32,925 nucleotides of DNA from Butyrivibrio sp. GTDB lineage: Bacteria > Bacillota > Clostridia > Lachnospirales > Lachnospiraceae. The notes beneath the pieces were generated by a model, which saw only the letters and a list, made by a program, of their open reading frames with translations, did no database searches and had not been told where the DNA came from. Of this stretch, positions 7,887 through 17,181 are shown piece by piece (within the stretch, counting starts at the first letter, position 1; each line of letters starts with the position of its first letter). Position numbers and translations under genes: made by a program. The stretch covers positions 1 through 32,925 of the forward strand of contig JBJEND010000223.1 of NCBI GenBank assembly GCA_051880015.1, in the 5' to 3' direction.

Positions 7887-9158
7887 ATGAGAAAATTTAT
7901 TTTAACAGGCATAAGTTTTATTTTAATGATAATGATGGTTGCCTGTGCATCAACAAAACCCACAACAGAAACAACAAAAAAAACAGCATACAGTATAGTG
8001 CCCAAGACTTTTCAGAAGGAAAATGCGGATATCCCCAAAGTATATATCGATACAACCGGTGAAGCAAACAGAGAGGAATATATTAATTCATCTGTAAGGA
8101 TATCAGATGGCAGCGGACAGTATGAAGAAATATATTCCGACAATGTCGGACTGAAAGTTCGGGGACATACAACTGCCTACGGAGAGAAAGTACCATACAA
8201 TATCAGATTTGAAGAAAAGGTTAATGTTCTTGGAATGGGCAATTCCAAAAAATGGTGTCTGTTGGCAAATTTATTTGATCCCACCATGATGAGAAATACT
8301 CTTGCCCTGGATTTTGCCAGAAATATGGGCATGGAATATACTTCCAAGTGCGAATATGTAGAACTTATTTACAATGGTGTGGATCAAGGGGGATATCTTT
8401 TATGTACGCCGGTATCCGAGGGAAAGGATAAGGTGGATTTGGATCTTTCGGAGAATGATTATCTCTTGCAGCTTCAGCCGAATTATACATATTCCGATAA
8501 GGAGCTGATTACAACAAACGGAGGAATGATTCTCTCCATTGAGGAAGGTAATACTGATGATTTAACATATTTAACGGAGTTTATGCTCAATTTTGAGAAT
8601 TCCATTGGTTATGGCCTTGAAGAATTTTCAAAATATGCCGATGTCGATTCCTTTGTGGATTTTTATGTTTTTTATGAAATTGTTAAAGATGTGGATTTTT
8701 CAACCAGTTCAACCTTCTTTTACATTAAAGATGATAAACTGTATGCAGGTCCGGTATGGGACTGCGATTTATCAATGGGAAATATTAATGAAGATTATTA
8801 CACAGACTACAGTAACGGCAGTGAATGCAGTTATGAAGGATTTTACTGCCAAAAGCTGTGGTTCTGGTATTTAATTTTTAATCCGGAATTTCAAAATAAA
8901 GTTAAAGAGCGTTTTATGGAATTACAGCCTTTAATTGAAAATCTCACCACAGATAACGAGCTGGGACGAAATCGCATTGATGATATTATTGATAAGTATG
9001 GCAGTGATTTCAATAATAATTTCACCATATGGGAAGAAGGAAAAAGGTACGGAGCCCACGGTATGGTACCTTTGGCCACTTTTGAAGAAAACGTTGAATA
9101 CTTAAGGCAGTGGATTATTAACCGGAACGAATGGTTAAAAAATCAGTGGAGTAACTGA
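7887..9158 (+). CDS. CotH kinase family lipoprotein
   Basis: Lipobox MVA-C; KVRGHTT, KVPYNIRF, KKWCLLANLFDPTMMRN, YVELIYNG...GGYLL, GPVWDCDLSMGN, YLRQWI..R..WL motifs. Confidence 0.9.
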   Translation: MRKFILTGISFILMIMMVACASTKPTTETTKKTAYSIVPKTFQKENADIPKVYIDTTGEANREEYINSSVRISDGSGQYEEIYSDNVGLKVRGHTTAYGEKVPYNIRFEEKVNVLGMGNSKKWCLLANLFDPTMMRNTLALDFARNMGMEYTSKCEYVELIYNGVDQGGYLLCTPVSEGKDKVDLDLSENDYLLQLQPNYTYSDKELITTNGGMILSIEEGNTDDLTYLTEFMLNFENSIGYGLEEFSKYADVDSFVDFYVFYEIVKDVDFSTSSTFFYIKDDKLYAGPVWDCDLSMGNINEDYYTDYSNGSECSYEGFYCQKLWFWYLIFNPEFQNKVKERFMELQPLIENLTTDNELGRNRIDDIIDKYGSDFNNNFTIWEEGKRYGAHGMVPLATFEENVEYLRQWIINRNEWLKNQWSN

Positions 9159-9167
9159 AATTCCCTG

Positions 9168-9196
9168 TTGTAATTAGTAAGTGTAAGTGGTACACT
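9168..9196 (+). promoter_or_regulatory. Sigma-A promoter driving the riboswitch leader
   Basis: TTGTAA (9168-73), 17 bp, TGg-TACACT (9191-96), just upstream of the aptamer. Confidence 0.6.
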
Positions 9197-9203
9197 TTAA
9201 TCA

Positions 9204-9286
9204 GATAAATTTCATATTTAGGCAAAGCAGATGAAAGTCTGTGACGCAAAGCTAGAGGGCCTTTAAAATGGCAGCCAGTTGCAATC
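9204..9286 (+). ncRNA. Cyclic di-GMP-I (GEMM) riboswitch aptamer
   Basis: GGCAAA-gcagat-GAAA-gtctgt-GACGCAAAGC...GGGCCT...ATGGCAGCCAGTTGC matches the class I consensus. The equivalents of G20, A47 and C92 are canonical, favouring c-di-GMP over cGAMP. Ends are approximate. Confidence 0.93.
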
Positions 9287-9295
9287 CTGTATATG

Positions 9296-9329
9296 TGCTG
9301 TTAAGGTATCTCCTTAACGGCATTTTTTT
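9296..9329 (+). terminator. Riboswitch expression-platform terminator
   Basis: TGCTGTTAAGG-tatct-CCTTAACGGCA (11 bp, one G-U pair) plus T7, upstream of the 9403 start codon. Confidence 0.88.
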
Positions 9330-9402
9330 ATATGATAAAGATATTTTTATTGTATAAAACCCTCAAGGATGCTCTGGTTCTTATCACTATAAGAACGGAG
9401 AG

Positions 9403-10875
9403 ATGTACATGTTAAGAAAAAAAATCTGTGTAATAACTGCATTAATTTTGTTAGGATGCAGCATATTCGGTGCTCAGGCAGAGAATGTCAGTGCCGGCAA
9501 CAAAACCTTTTTAGTAAATTTATTCAAAAAGGAAAAACGCATTAGCAGAAGTATAGGTGAAATAACACCTGTGACAGAGACTGAGCCGGCTACTGAGACC
9601 GGAACAGTGCCCCAGTCATCTGAAACACATGTACCGGAAACAGAAGAGAAGACAGAAGTGGCGACGGAACCGGTAACAGAAGCTGTGACAGAAGCAGCGA
9701 CGGAACCGGTAACAGAAGCTGTGACGGAATCTGCGACGGAACCGGTAACAGAAGCTGTGACAGAAGCTGCGACGGAACCTGCAACAGAAGCTGCGACGAA
9801 TGCAGCGGATGCTTCATATATGAATGAACGTATTTCATATTACGGTAAAATTGCGGATGAGGAGTGCGCATGGTTGTGGAGTCAGCAGATGTCCAACGGA
9901 GCATTTGCTTTTTACAATGCAGATAACGGCACTGTATATATTAATCCGTATTTCAGTGAGGTAACTGCCATAGCATTAATTAACCATGATAATTCTCCCA
10001 TGGCACAGGAACGAATCATTAAATATTTTGAATGGCATTTTTCTCATATTAATACCGCAGAAAGTGATTATAACGGATTAGCCGGAACGATATATGATTA
10101 TAATGTTGAAGTTAAGGATGGAGTTATTATTAAAGAAACTTCAAAGGGCTCTTATGATTCCACTGATTCATACAGCGCATTATTCATTAAGGCACTGGCT
10201 GATTATTCCAAAGTATTTGGCGATACAGAATATCTGATTGCCAATGAAGATAAAATTAAGGACATTACCAATGTAATGTTTGCAACTATGTATGGTGGAT
10301 ACACATATGCAAAGCCGGACTATCAGATAAGATATTTAATGGATAATGCTGAAGTGTATGCAGGACTTAAGTCAGCAGAATATATATACCGTAATATAAT
10401 AAATGACAGTGATATGTATGAAAAAGTCAGTAAGGCAGTAAAATATTACGATGATAATTTCAACAAAGACTGGTGGAAGGGTGACCACTATGCAACAGTA
10501 CTGAATTCCGATAACAGTGAGTACACCGGAATTGAATTCTCATGGGACAATTTTTATCCCTGCGCAACCAGTCAGATGTTTCCTGTTTTATATGGACTTA
10601 TTGATTCAGACAGTACGTTTGCACGGACAATATACGATGGATTATGCAAAGCATGGAACTGGCAGGATATGGATTATGTTTCCAATGGTACAACGGTGTT
10701 CTGCTGGGGCAATTTCGCATACTATGCAGGATTAATGGAGGATGAGAGTGGACTGGAAAGATATCTGGAAAAGTACCGGGACATTGTGAATGGAGGAAGA
10801 AAGTATCCTCTGTATTCATCCGAATCAGCAATGGTTCTTATGGGCTGTGACGAAATAATAGATTTATTAAGATAA
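9403..10875 (+). CDS. Secreted putative (alpha/alpha)-barrel glycoside hydrolase with Thr/Glu/Pro linker
   Basis: Signal peptide; TE-rich linker; motifs INPYFS, YDSTDSYSALF, YLMDNAEVYAGL and FYP typical of six-hairpin glycosidase-like proteins; located in a polysaccharide cluster. The family is not resolved. Confidence 0.65.
   Translation: MYMLRKKICVITALILLGCSIFGAQAENVSAGNKTFLVNLFKKEKRISRSIGEITPVTETEPATETGTVPQSSETHVPETEEKTEVATEPVTEAVTEAATEPVTEAVTESATEPVTEAVTEAATEPATEAATNAADASYMNERISYYGKIADEECAWLWSQQMSNGAFAFYNADNGTVYINPYFSEVTAIALINHDNSPMAQERIIKYFEWHFSHINTAESDYNGLAGTIYDYNVEVKDGVIIKETSKGSYDSTDSYSALFIKALADYSKVFGDTEYLIANEDKIKDITNVMFATMYGGYTYAKPDYQIRYLMDNAEVYAGLKSAEYIYRNIINDSDMYEKVSKAVKYYDDNFNKDWWKGDHYATVLNSDNSEYTGIEFSWDNFYPCATSQMFPVLYGLIDSDSTFARTIYDGLCKAWNWQDMDYVSNGTTVFCWGNFAYYAGLMEDESGLERYLEKYRDIVNGGRKYPLYSSESAMVLMGCDEIIDLLR
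9661..9798 (+). repeat. Intragenic 36-bp tandem repeat x4 (ATEPVTEAVTEA)
   Basis: GCGACGGAACC units start at 9661, 9697, 9733 and 9769. Confidence 0.9.
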
Positions 10876-10898
10876 TGATTAAATTTTTTGGAATTTAT

Positions 10899-10927
10899 TT
10901 GACAAAATGACATATGTATTATATTAT
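10899..10927 (+). promoter_or_regulatory. Internal sigma-A promoter upstream of the synthase genes
   Basis: TTGACA (10899-904), 17 bp, TATTAT (10922-27), in the AT-rich gap after the hydrolase gene. Confidence 0.7.
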
Positions 10928-10981
10928 TCTATATTATATTTGTGGTTGTGTCAGATAGAATTCATAGAGGATTTAATCATT

Positions 10982-11782
10982 ATGAAAGTTAACAGAGGTG
11001 AACTTAATAAAGAAACAATAATATATTCAAGGGATTACAGATACCTGAACAGAAGGCTGCCGGTATATATATTGCAGGTGGTCCTGGTTCTGGTTCCTTT
11101 AGTGGTGGGATATCTTTTCACATATAGTAAAATATCCTATTATGTTTCTATATTTGCATCGAAAATTTTAGAAAATATAGCAGGTGTCAGCACGGAGATT
11201 ATGGAGGTGGATTATTTCCCCAGACTTGGTGGCGTTTTTTATGTTGCCATGGAAGGGAAAAATCCATCTTTTACTATGTCCATTGTCAGTTTATTTATTA
11301 CATTAATACTTATTGTGATTTTCACGCTGATTAAGACTGACAAAAAACCTCTCATGATATTTATTACAATCGGTTTATATATTCATTTATTTTCTTCGGC
11401 TTTTTTCGTTTTCTGGGGGGCGGACAGATTCCCCTATGATATTAATGACTATTCCAATTTATACATGAAACAACAGATTATAGTCTGGCTGATGATTATG
11501 ATTGTATACTGGATGAGCACTTCTTTAGTTACTAAAGTTGTGGGATTAAGGATATCTACTTTTATTATGGTGTCAGCTATATCTTTCCTGTTTGGAGTTA
11601 CAAGATACATTGTATTTATGTTAATTCTTGCAAAAGGATCATACCTGTTTATGGCAGTATTGTATTTTACGCTGGGTATATTTTTTGATTTTATTATCAT
11701 GGTGGGCGTTTATTCAATATTCATGAAATGCGCAAGCCGGAAATTTAAAAAGAGGACTGAGGCGGAATTATGGAAGTGGTAG
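10982..11782 (+). CDS. Integral membrane protein (about 6 TM), probable synthase partner
   Basis: Multiple hydrophobic segments; overlaps the GT2 start (translational coupling). The ATG at 10982 with AGAGGA RBS is preferred, because the 10907 start lies inside the promoter. Confidence 0.75.
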   Translation: MKVNRGELNKETIIYSRDYRYLNRRLPVYILQVVLVLVPLVVGYLFTYSKISYYVSIFASKILENIAGVSTEIMEVDYFPRLGGVFYVAMEGKNPSFTMSIVSLFITLILIVIFTLIKTDKKPLMIFITIGLYIHLFSSAFFVFWGADRFPYDINDYSNLYMKQQIIVWLMIMIVYWMSTSLVTKVVGLRISTFIMVSAISFLFGVTRYIVFMLILAKGSYLFMAVLYFTLGIFFDFIIMVGVYSIFMKCASRKFKKRTEAELWKW

Positions 11783-13059
11783 TTAAAATCCTGCAGGGAT
11801 ACTTTATTTTCTCAATTATACTGATGATAATATATGCAATAAGACACTTTAGGTTTACATATAACAGATTATTCTCAAAACAGAGGGTTTCTTACAGGGA
11901 TATGTACGACAGTGACTTGCCTAAGGTAACTATAATGATACCCATGCATAATGAAGAGGCAGTAGTGGAAAATGTTATGGAATCATTACTCCAATGTGAT
12001 TATGACATGGATAAGTTCGAAATAATTGCCATAGACGATCATTCAGATGACAGAACGGCAGAGATTGTGGACTCTTATCATGAAAAATTTCCGTTTATTA
12101 AAGTTATTCACCGCAGAGGTGAGGGAGAAAGAGGAAAGCCGGTAGGCTTAAATGACGCACTGAAAATCGCTACAGGAGAAATAATAATCGTATTCGATGC
12201 GGATTACAGACCTTCCAAAAATCTGATTATTAAGCTTGCTTCAGCATTTAAGGACCCTAAGGTAGGAGCAGTTATGGGAAGAGTTATTCCTGTTAATGCG
12301 AAGAAAAATCTGCTGACAGTCCTGTTGAATCTGGAACGCTCCGGAGGATATCAGGTGGACCAGCAGGCAAGGTATAATTTGAAGCTTATGCCCCAGTACG
12401 GAGGTACTGTAGGTGGGTTTAGAAAAAGCTTTATGCTGGCAACGGGAGGATTTGATACAAAGGTTCTGGCAGAAGATACGGAACTTACATACAGATTGTA
12501 TTCCCAGGGGTGGAGTGTAGTATATGATAATAGTGCAGAGTGCTATGAGGAGTCTCCTGAAACATGGGAAGTCAGAGGAAAACAGATACGAAGATGGTCC
12601 AGGGGACATAACGAAGTATTATTTAAATACTTTTTCAAATTCCTTTTTTCCAAAAAGATAAGATGGAGAGAACGTATTGACGGAATGTTGCTGTTACTGG
12701 TATATGCAGTTCCGTTTATTCTTGCACTGGCACAAATTGACTGCCTTATATTATTCTTTATGGGAAGAATGAACTTATTTGCCGGATGGGGAGTTATTTT
12801 GTTCCTTGGTATATATAATTCATGGGGAAATTTTGCACCGTTTTTCGAAATTGGTTCCGGTGCTTTTATTGACGGCATAGTGGATGAAATATTGGCATTG
12901 CCTCAGTTATGTTTCAGCTTTTATTTTTATATGTGGTATATATCCAGGGGATTTATAGATGCCGTTGCAGACCGTATAACCGGAAGAAACGTTAAGTGGG
13001 CAAAAACAAAGAGAAGCAATGATAAGAATGTTGAAGAGCCTGAGATAATGAAAGAGTAA
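11770..13059 (+). CDS. Processive GT2 polysaccharide synthase (cellulose synthase/IcaA/PssC-like)
   Basis: IPMHNEE, IDDHSDD, GKPVGLN, FDADY, LAEDTEL and QIRRW (D,D,D,QxxRW); N- and C-terminal TM helices; no visible PilZ extension. Confidence 0.92.
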   Translation: MEVVVKILQGYFIFSIILMIIYAIRHFRFTYNRLFSKQRVSYRDMYDSDLPKVTIMIPMHNEEAVVENVMESLLQCDYDMDKFEIIAIDDHSDDRTAEIVDSYHEKFPFIKVIHRRGEGERGKPVGLNDALKIATGEIIIVFDADYRPSKNLIIKLASAFKDPKVGAVMGRVIPVNAKKNLLTVLLNLERSGGYQVDQQARYNLKLMPQYGGTVGGFRKSFMLATGGFDTKVLAEDTELTYRLYSQGWSVVYDNSAECYEESPETWEVRGKQIRRWSRGHNEVLFKYFFKFLFSKKIRWRERIDGMLLLLVYAVPFILALAQIDCLILFFMGRMNLFAGWGVILFLGIYNSWGNFAPFFEIGSGAFIDGIVDEILALPQLCFSFYFYMWYISRGFIDAVADRITGRNVKWAKTKRSNDKNVEEPEIMKE

Positions 13060-13071
13060 TAGAGGTTATAT

Positions 13072-14523
13072 ATGATGATTGTCGTTATTGTATTGATATT
13101 TCTTTTGCTGCTGTTATTCCCATTTCTCCTTTCATACGGAGTGCATTACGACAGCGAAACAGGAAGATCACTTATTGTTAAGAATGATAATATAAAAGAC
13201 GCAAGATACTTTTCAAAGTCCTTCCGGGATAAAATAAAAAATGCAGATGTATCAGGAGAAGAAGATGGCTGCATTGGAAAAGTAAAACTGTCAAAGGAAG
13301 AGGACATTCTTTTCTATGACGGAACAACAGCTTTGGATACCTGTATTGACAGTATATGTTATATAAATGCAGAAGCAGAATTTCATGACAAAATCGAATT
13401 TAATAAAGAGGTTTATGCAAAGGAGAATATTACACTGGCAGACAGTACAGTAGTCAGGGCAATAGCAGGGGACAAAAAAGTAGTAATAGGCGGGAATTCG
13501 AAAATCGGAAGATGGGCTGATGCCGAACAGTTTCTTGCCCTTAAGGAAGGCTCTGATGCCGGAGTCAGTCTTTCATCAGGTGAAAAGCTTGTAATAGAAC
13601 CGGGCTGTGTATTTACAAGATTATATGCACCGGTTATTGAGGTTAAGAAATACTCTGTCCCGGATGAGACAAACATAAAAAATGTGGTTATTAATAAATC
13701 TGCTCCGGTGTACATGAAGCTCCTCAGGAATATTAAGGTTGTTGAAAAAAATCAGGAGGAAAGGCATACAATAGTGACCAAATACGACCTGACCATTGAG
13801 AAATGCGCGGTAGTATATGGTGATATTAAATCTGATAAATCAATTCGCATTGGGAAGTATGCCGTTGTAACAGGAAATGTTTTTGGAGACGGTGATGTAA
13901 TTATCGAGCAGGGAGCAAAAGTGTTTGGTAATGTATTTTCCGGTGCCAATCTTTACATAGGGCCTAATGTTACTATAGGAAAGACAGGCAGAATTAAGTC
14001 CGCCCTTGCAAGAGTTAATATGGTAATTGCCCAGGGAACTGTTATTTATGGATACGCCGGATGCGAAGGCACGGGAAAAACTGTTATGCAGAATGAAACC
14101 GATATTGAAATTAACAGCAGGGCAGAAGAATTTGAATATGAAAAATGTAATATTACCGAAGAAGGTTTTCTTAATCTGGATGATATAAATGACTATGAAG
14201 AAATTGATTATTATGCTTTCAGAAGATGTCCTGATTTAACCAAAGTAAAAATTCCGGAAGGAGCTTTGACTGTGGGAGAAAGCATGTTTTACGAGTGTGA
14301 AAATCTGGAAACGGTAATATTACCCGATAGTGTAGAGAAAATAGAAAACTACGCATTCTTTGGCTGCCGGAAACTTAAAAATGTTATTTTAGGTAAAAAC
14401 AGCAGATTGGAAAAAATCGGTGATTATTCATTTGCACGGTGTATAAGCCTTGATTGTAATGAACTGAACAATATAAAAGAAATCGGATATGCTGCATTCT
14501 GGGAGTCTGATGGTGCAGAATAA
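13072..14523 (+). CDS. Membrane-anchored bactofilin-like beta-helix protein fused to BspA-type LRR (LRR_5)
   Basis: N-terminal TM; repeated I.k.A.V.G.v motifs (VVYGDIKSDKSIRIGKYAVVTGNVFGDGDVIIEQGAKVFGNV); C-terminal LETVILPDSVEKIENYAFFGCRKL repeats. Confidence 0.75.
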   Translation: MMIVVIVLIFLLLLLFPFLLSYGVHYDSETGRSLIVKNDNIKDARYFSKSFRDKIKNADVSGEEDGCIGKVKLSKEEDILFYDGTTALDTCIDSICYINAEAEFHDKIEFNKEVYAKENITLADSTVVRAIAGDKKVVIGGNSKIGRWADAEQFLALKEGSDAGVSLSSGEKLVIEPGCVFTRLYAPVIEVKKYSVPDETNIKNVVINKSAPVYMKLLRNIKVVEKNQEERHTIVTKYDLTIEKCAVVYGDIKSDKSIRIGKYAVVTGNVFGDGDVIIEQGAKVFGNVFSGANLYIGPNVTIGKTGRIKSALARVNMVIAQGTVIYGYAGCEGTGKTVMQNETDIEINSRAEEFEYEKCNITEEGFLNLDDINDYEEIDYYAFRRCPDLTKVKIPEGALTVGESMFYECENLETVILPDSVEKIENYAFFGCRKLKNVILGKNSRLEKIGDYSFARCISLDCNELNNIKEIGYAAFWESDGAE

Positions 14524-14537
14524 AACAAGGAGACAAA

Positions 14538-15938
14538 ATGGTATTTTCTAGTGTGATTTTTTTAGGCATCTTTCTGCCGGTGGTATTGATTCTTTATTTT
14601 GTCATTAAAAACCGGACATGGAGAAATGCTGTACTGCTGGTTGCCTCAATTATTTTTTATGCATGGGGAGAACCTAAATGGATATTTCTTCTGCTTCTTC
14701 TGTCTTTTGTTGACTATTTAATAGCAAGGAAGATGGAGAAATTAGATACGGGAATAAAGAAAAAGGTATTTCTCGTGATAGCCGTTGTATTGAATTTATC
14801 TACACTTTTTGTGGTAAAATATCTGGATTTTGTTATTACCACAATAAATTCAGCTGTCAATACAAATATTCCGTTAACTAACATTGCCATGCCGATAGGA
14901 ATATCTTTTTTTACGTTCCAGGCATTGACATATGTCATTGATGTATACAGGAAGGATGCAAAGGCTCAAAAAAGCTATTGGGATCTGCTTTTATATATTT
15001 CTATGTTCCCACAGCTTATTGCAGGACCAATTGTACGATACTCTGACATTGACAGTCAGATTAAAAACAGAAAGGAAACCATGCAGGGTTTCATAAACGG
15101 CATGTTCCGTTTTTCAATCGGACTTGCAAAAAAGGTGGTATTTGCCAATTATGCCGGAAATATTGCCACATCTCTGCTGGTTGACAATTTCGATGGGATT
15201 TCAACCAAGGCATTGTGGGTAGGAATCATAATGTTTACCCTGCAGTTATACTTTGATTTCTCCGGGTATTCAGATATGGCAATAGGCCTGGGAAAAGTAT
15301 TTGGATTTGACTACAAAGAAAATTTCAATTACCCCTATATGGCCAATTCAATATCCGACTTCTGGAGAAGATGGCACATATCCCTGGGCTCATTTTTCAG
15401 AGACTATGTGTATATTCCGTTGGGTGGTAACAGAAAACACTGGGTGCTTAATATTTTAGTTGTATGGTTTTTAACCGGTCTGTGGCATGGCGCAAGCTGG
15501 AATTATGTTTTATGGGGATTGTTTTTTGCCATAATGCTTATCATAGAAAAACTTCTTAAAAAGAAAGGCCTGGATACCGCAAAAGTACCTGTGGCAGGTA
15601 ATATTCTTATTTTGTTTATTATTGTTTACAGTATGACCATCTTCTATTTTGAAGATATCGGACAATTAATAACAGCTACTAAAATTATGTTTGGATTTGG
15701 TAATGTTGTAAATATTACCATTGCGGAGAGAACGATAATATGTCAATATTTCTGGATAATCCCACTGATGATTCTGGCATGTACGCCTCTTGTATCCATG
15801 CTGGGAAGAAAAATCTTTAAAGAAAATACTGTAGTGGGTAATATTACGCGAAGCATTGCTTTCTGCGTTTTATTGGTGTTGTGTTTCATGCTGATACTTA
15901 ATCAGACTTACAACCCATTTTTATATTTCAGATTCTAG
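14538..15938 (+). CDS. MBOAT family polysaccharide O-acyltransferase (AlgI/DltB-like)
   Basis: MVFSS..FL, PIGISFFTFQ, FPQLIAGPIVR, YFDFSGYSDMAIG, FWRRWHISL, GLWHGA, YNPFLYFRF. Confidence 0.95.
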   Translation: MVFSSVIFLGIFLPVVLILYFVIKNRTWRNAVLLVASIIFYAWGEPKWIFLLLLLSFVDYLIARKMEKLDTGIKKKVFLVIAVVLNLSTLFVVKYLDFVITTINSAVNTNIPLTNIAMPIGISFFTFQALTYVIDVYRKDAKAQKSYWDLLLYISMFPQLIAGPIVRYSDIDSQIKNRKETMQGFINGMFRFSIGLAKKVVFANYAGNIATSLLVDNFDGISTKALWVGIIMFTLQLYFDFSGYSDMAIGLGKVFGFDYKENFNYPYMANSISDFWRRWHISLGSFFRDYVYIPLGGNRKHWVLNILVVWFLTGLWHGASWNYVLWGLFFAIMLIIEKLLKKKGLDTAKVPVAGNILILFIIVYSMTIFYFEDIGQLITATKIMFGFGNVVNITIAERTIICQYFWIIPLMILACTPLVSMLGRKIFKENTVVGNITRSIAFCVLLVLCFMLILNQTYNPFLYFRF

Positions 15939-15950
15939 GGGAACAAAAAT

Positions 15951-17156
15951 ATGAAACGGAAGAAAATAAGTACAATATTCAGCCTTTTTATTATGATTGC
16001 AGTAATTGGTATTGTCAGTGTTTTTACCATATATTCTTTTATTGACAAAAATACCGAATCAGATAAAGAGAACAGGGCTCTCGCGAAACTTCCGGAGATA
16101 TCAGTTACAAACTGGTTTAACGGAACATATGCAATTGATTTGAATTCGTATATGAATGACCATGTTTTAATGAGAAATATGATTATTGATAAGGCATCCG
16201 GATTTGAGTCACTTCTCAGAAAAAATTTATCTGTACAGATAATGAAATCAAACAATAAAAGGAAAGATATAGGTTCTGATGCATTGGTTCTTGAAGACAG
16301 AATACTTGCTCTGTACATAAATAATCAGGATTATACAGACACCTTCATAAGAGAGTGTAATAAGTTGTTTGAACTGATGCCGGAAAATGTTAATAAGTAT
16401 ATGATGCTTTCTCCCTCAAGAATTGAGTTTGAAGAAGAGGAGGCTAAACAGTATTCTGACAGTCAGCTTGAGACAATTTATGGAATATATTACAACATGG
16501 ATAAAGATGTAAAGGTGGTGGACTCATATTCACTGCTTCAGCTTGCTGCGCAATATCATGGATTGGATAAACTGTATTTTAAGACAGACCATCACTGGAC
16601 AGCTTATGGTGCAAGTTTTGGAGCTTCTGCTTTGCTTGTCACAATGGGAAAAGAACCGGTGATACCTGAAAGATATACTAAAAAAAATGCAGGTGACTTT
16701 AAGGGATATCTGTATGTAATGCATGCTGCCAATGCCTCCAATATAGATTCAGAACCCTTTATTTATTATGAATGTGCTGACGGTATTAATGAATATGCTT
16801 ATGGCGTTGGAAATTCAGATATAACGGAAAGCATATATGAACCTGTATTGGATGAAACCAGGGCGGGGTATTACATTTTTGTAGAACGTTCCTATCAATA
16901 CGTGGTTATAGAGGGCGGCAACAGTGAGGGCGGCAATCTGTTAATGATAAATGACTCCTATGGTAACGCTATGGTGCCCTGGATGGCCGATCAGTTCAAT
17001 ACAATTGTTATGATTGACCCAAGAACCTATGAAGGCGGACAGCAGGGACTGATGGAATTGGTGGAAGAATATGAAATCACCGATTTTGCATTATCTTTTG
17101 CAGGATTGTTTATGTCCTCAAGTTTTGCCGAAGATTTAGGGAAATTAACCGAATGA
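15951..17156 (+). CDS. DHHW family (AlgJ/AlgX-like SGNH) O-acetyltransferase
   Basis: N-terminal TM; ENRALA, YFKTDHHWT, NDSYGN and IDPR motifs; directly after the MBOAT gene. Confidence 0.9.
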   Translation: MKRKKISTIFSLFIMIAVIGIVSVFTIYSFIDKNTESDKENRALAKLPEISVTNWFNGTYAIDLNSYMNDHVLMRNMIIDKASGFESLLRKNLSVQIMKSNNKRKDIGSDALVLEDRILALYINNQDYTDTFIRECNKLFELMPENVNKYMMLSPSRIEFEEEEAKQYSDSQLETIYGIYYNMDKDVKVVDSYSLLQLAAQYHGLDKLYFKTDHHWTAYGASFGASALLVTMGKEPVIPERYTKKNAGDFKGYLYVMHAANASNIDSEPFIYYECADGINEYAYGVGNSDITESIYEPVLDETRAGYYIFVERSYQYVVIEGGNSEGGNLLMINDSYGNAMVPWMADQFNTIVMIDPRTYEGGQQGLMELVEEYEITDFALSFAGLFMSSSFAEDLGKLTE

Positions 17157-17181
17157 TAAATGAAAAGGATACTTAAGGATT

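Noticed and set aside
9204-9286. 3',3'-cGAMP-sensing GEMM-Ib variant
   Set aside because: The G20-equivalent position is G (GGCAAA), not A.
9661-9798. 36-bp repeat as a non-coding array
   Set aside because: It is in frame within a secreted protein and encodes an ordinary T/E/P linker.
14538-17156. dlt operon for teichoic acid D-alanylation
   Set aside because: No dltA or dltC is present; the partner is a DHHW/AlgJ-like protein.
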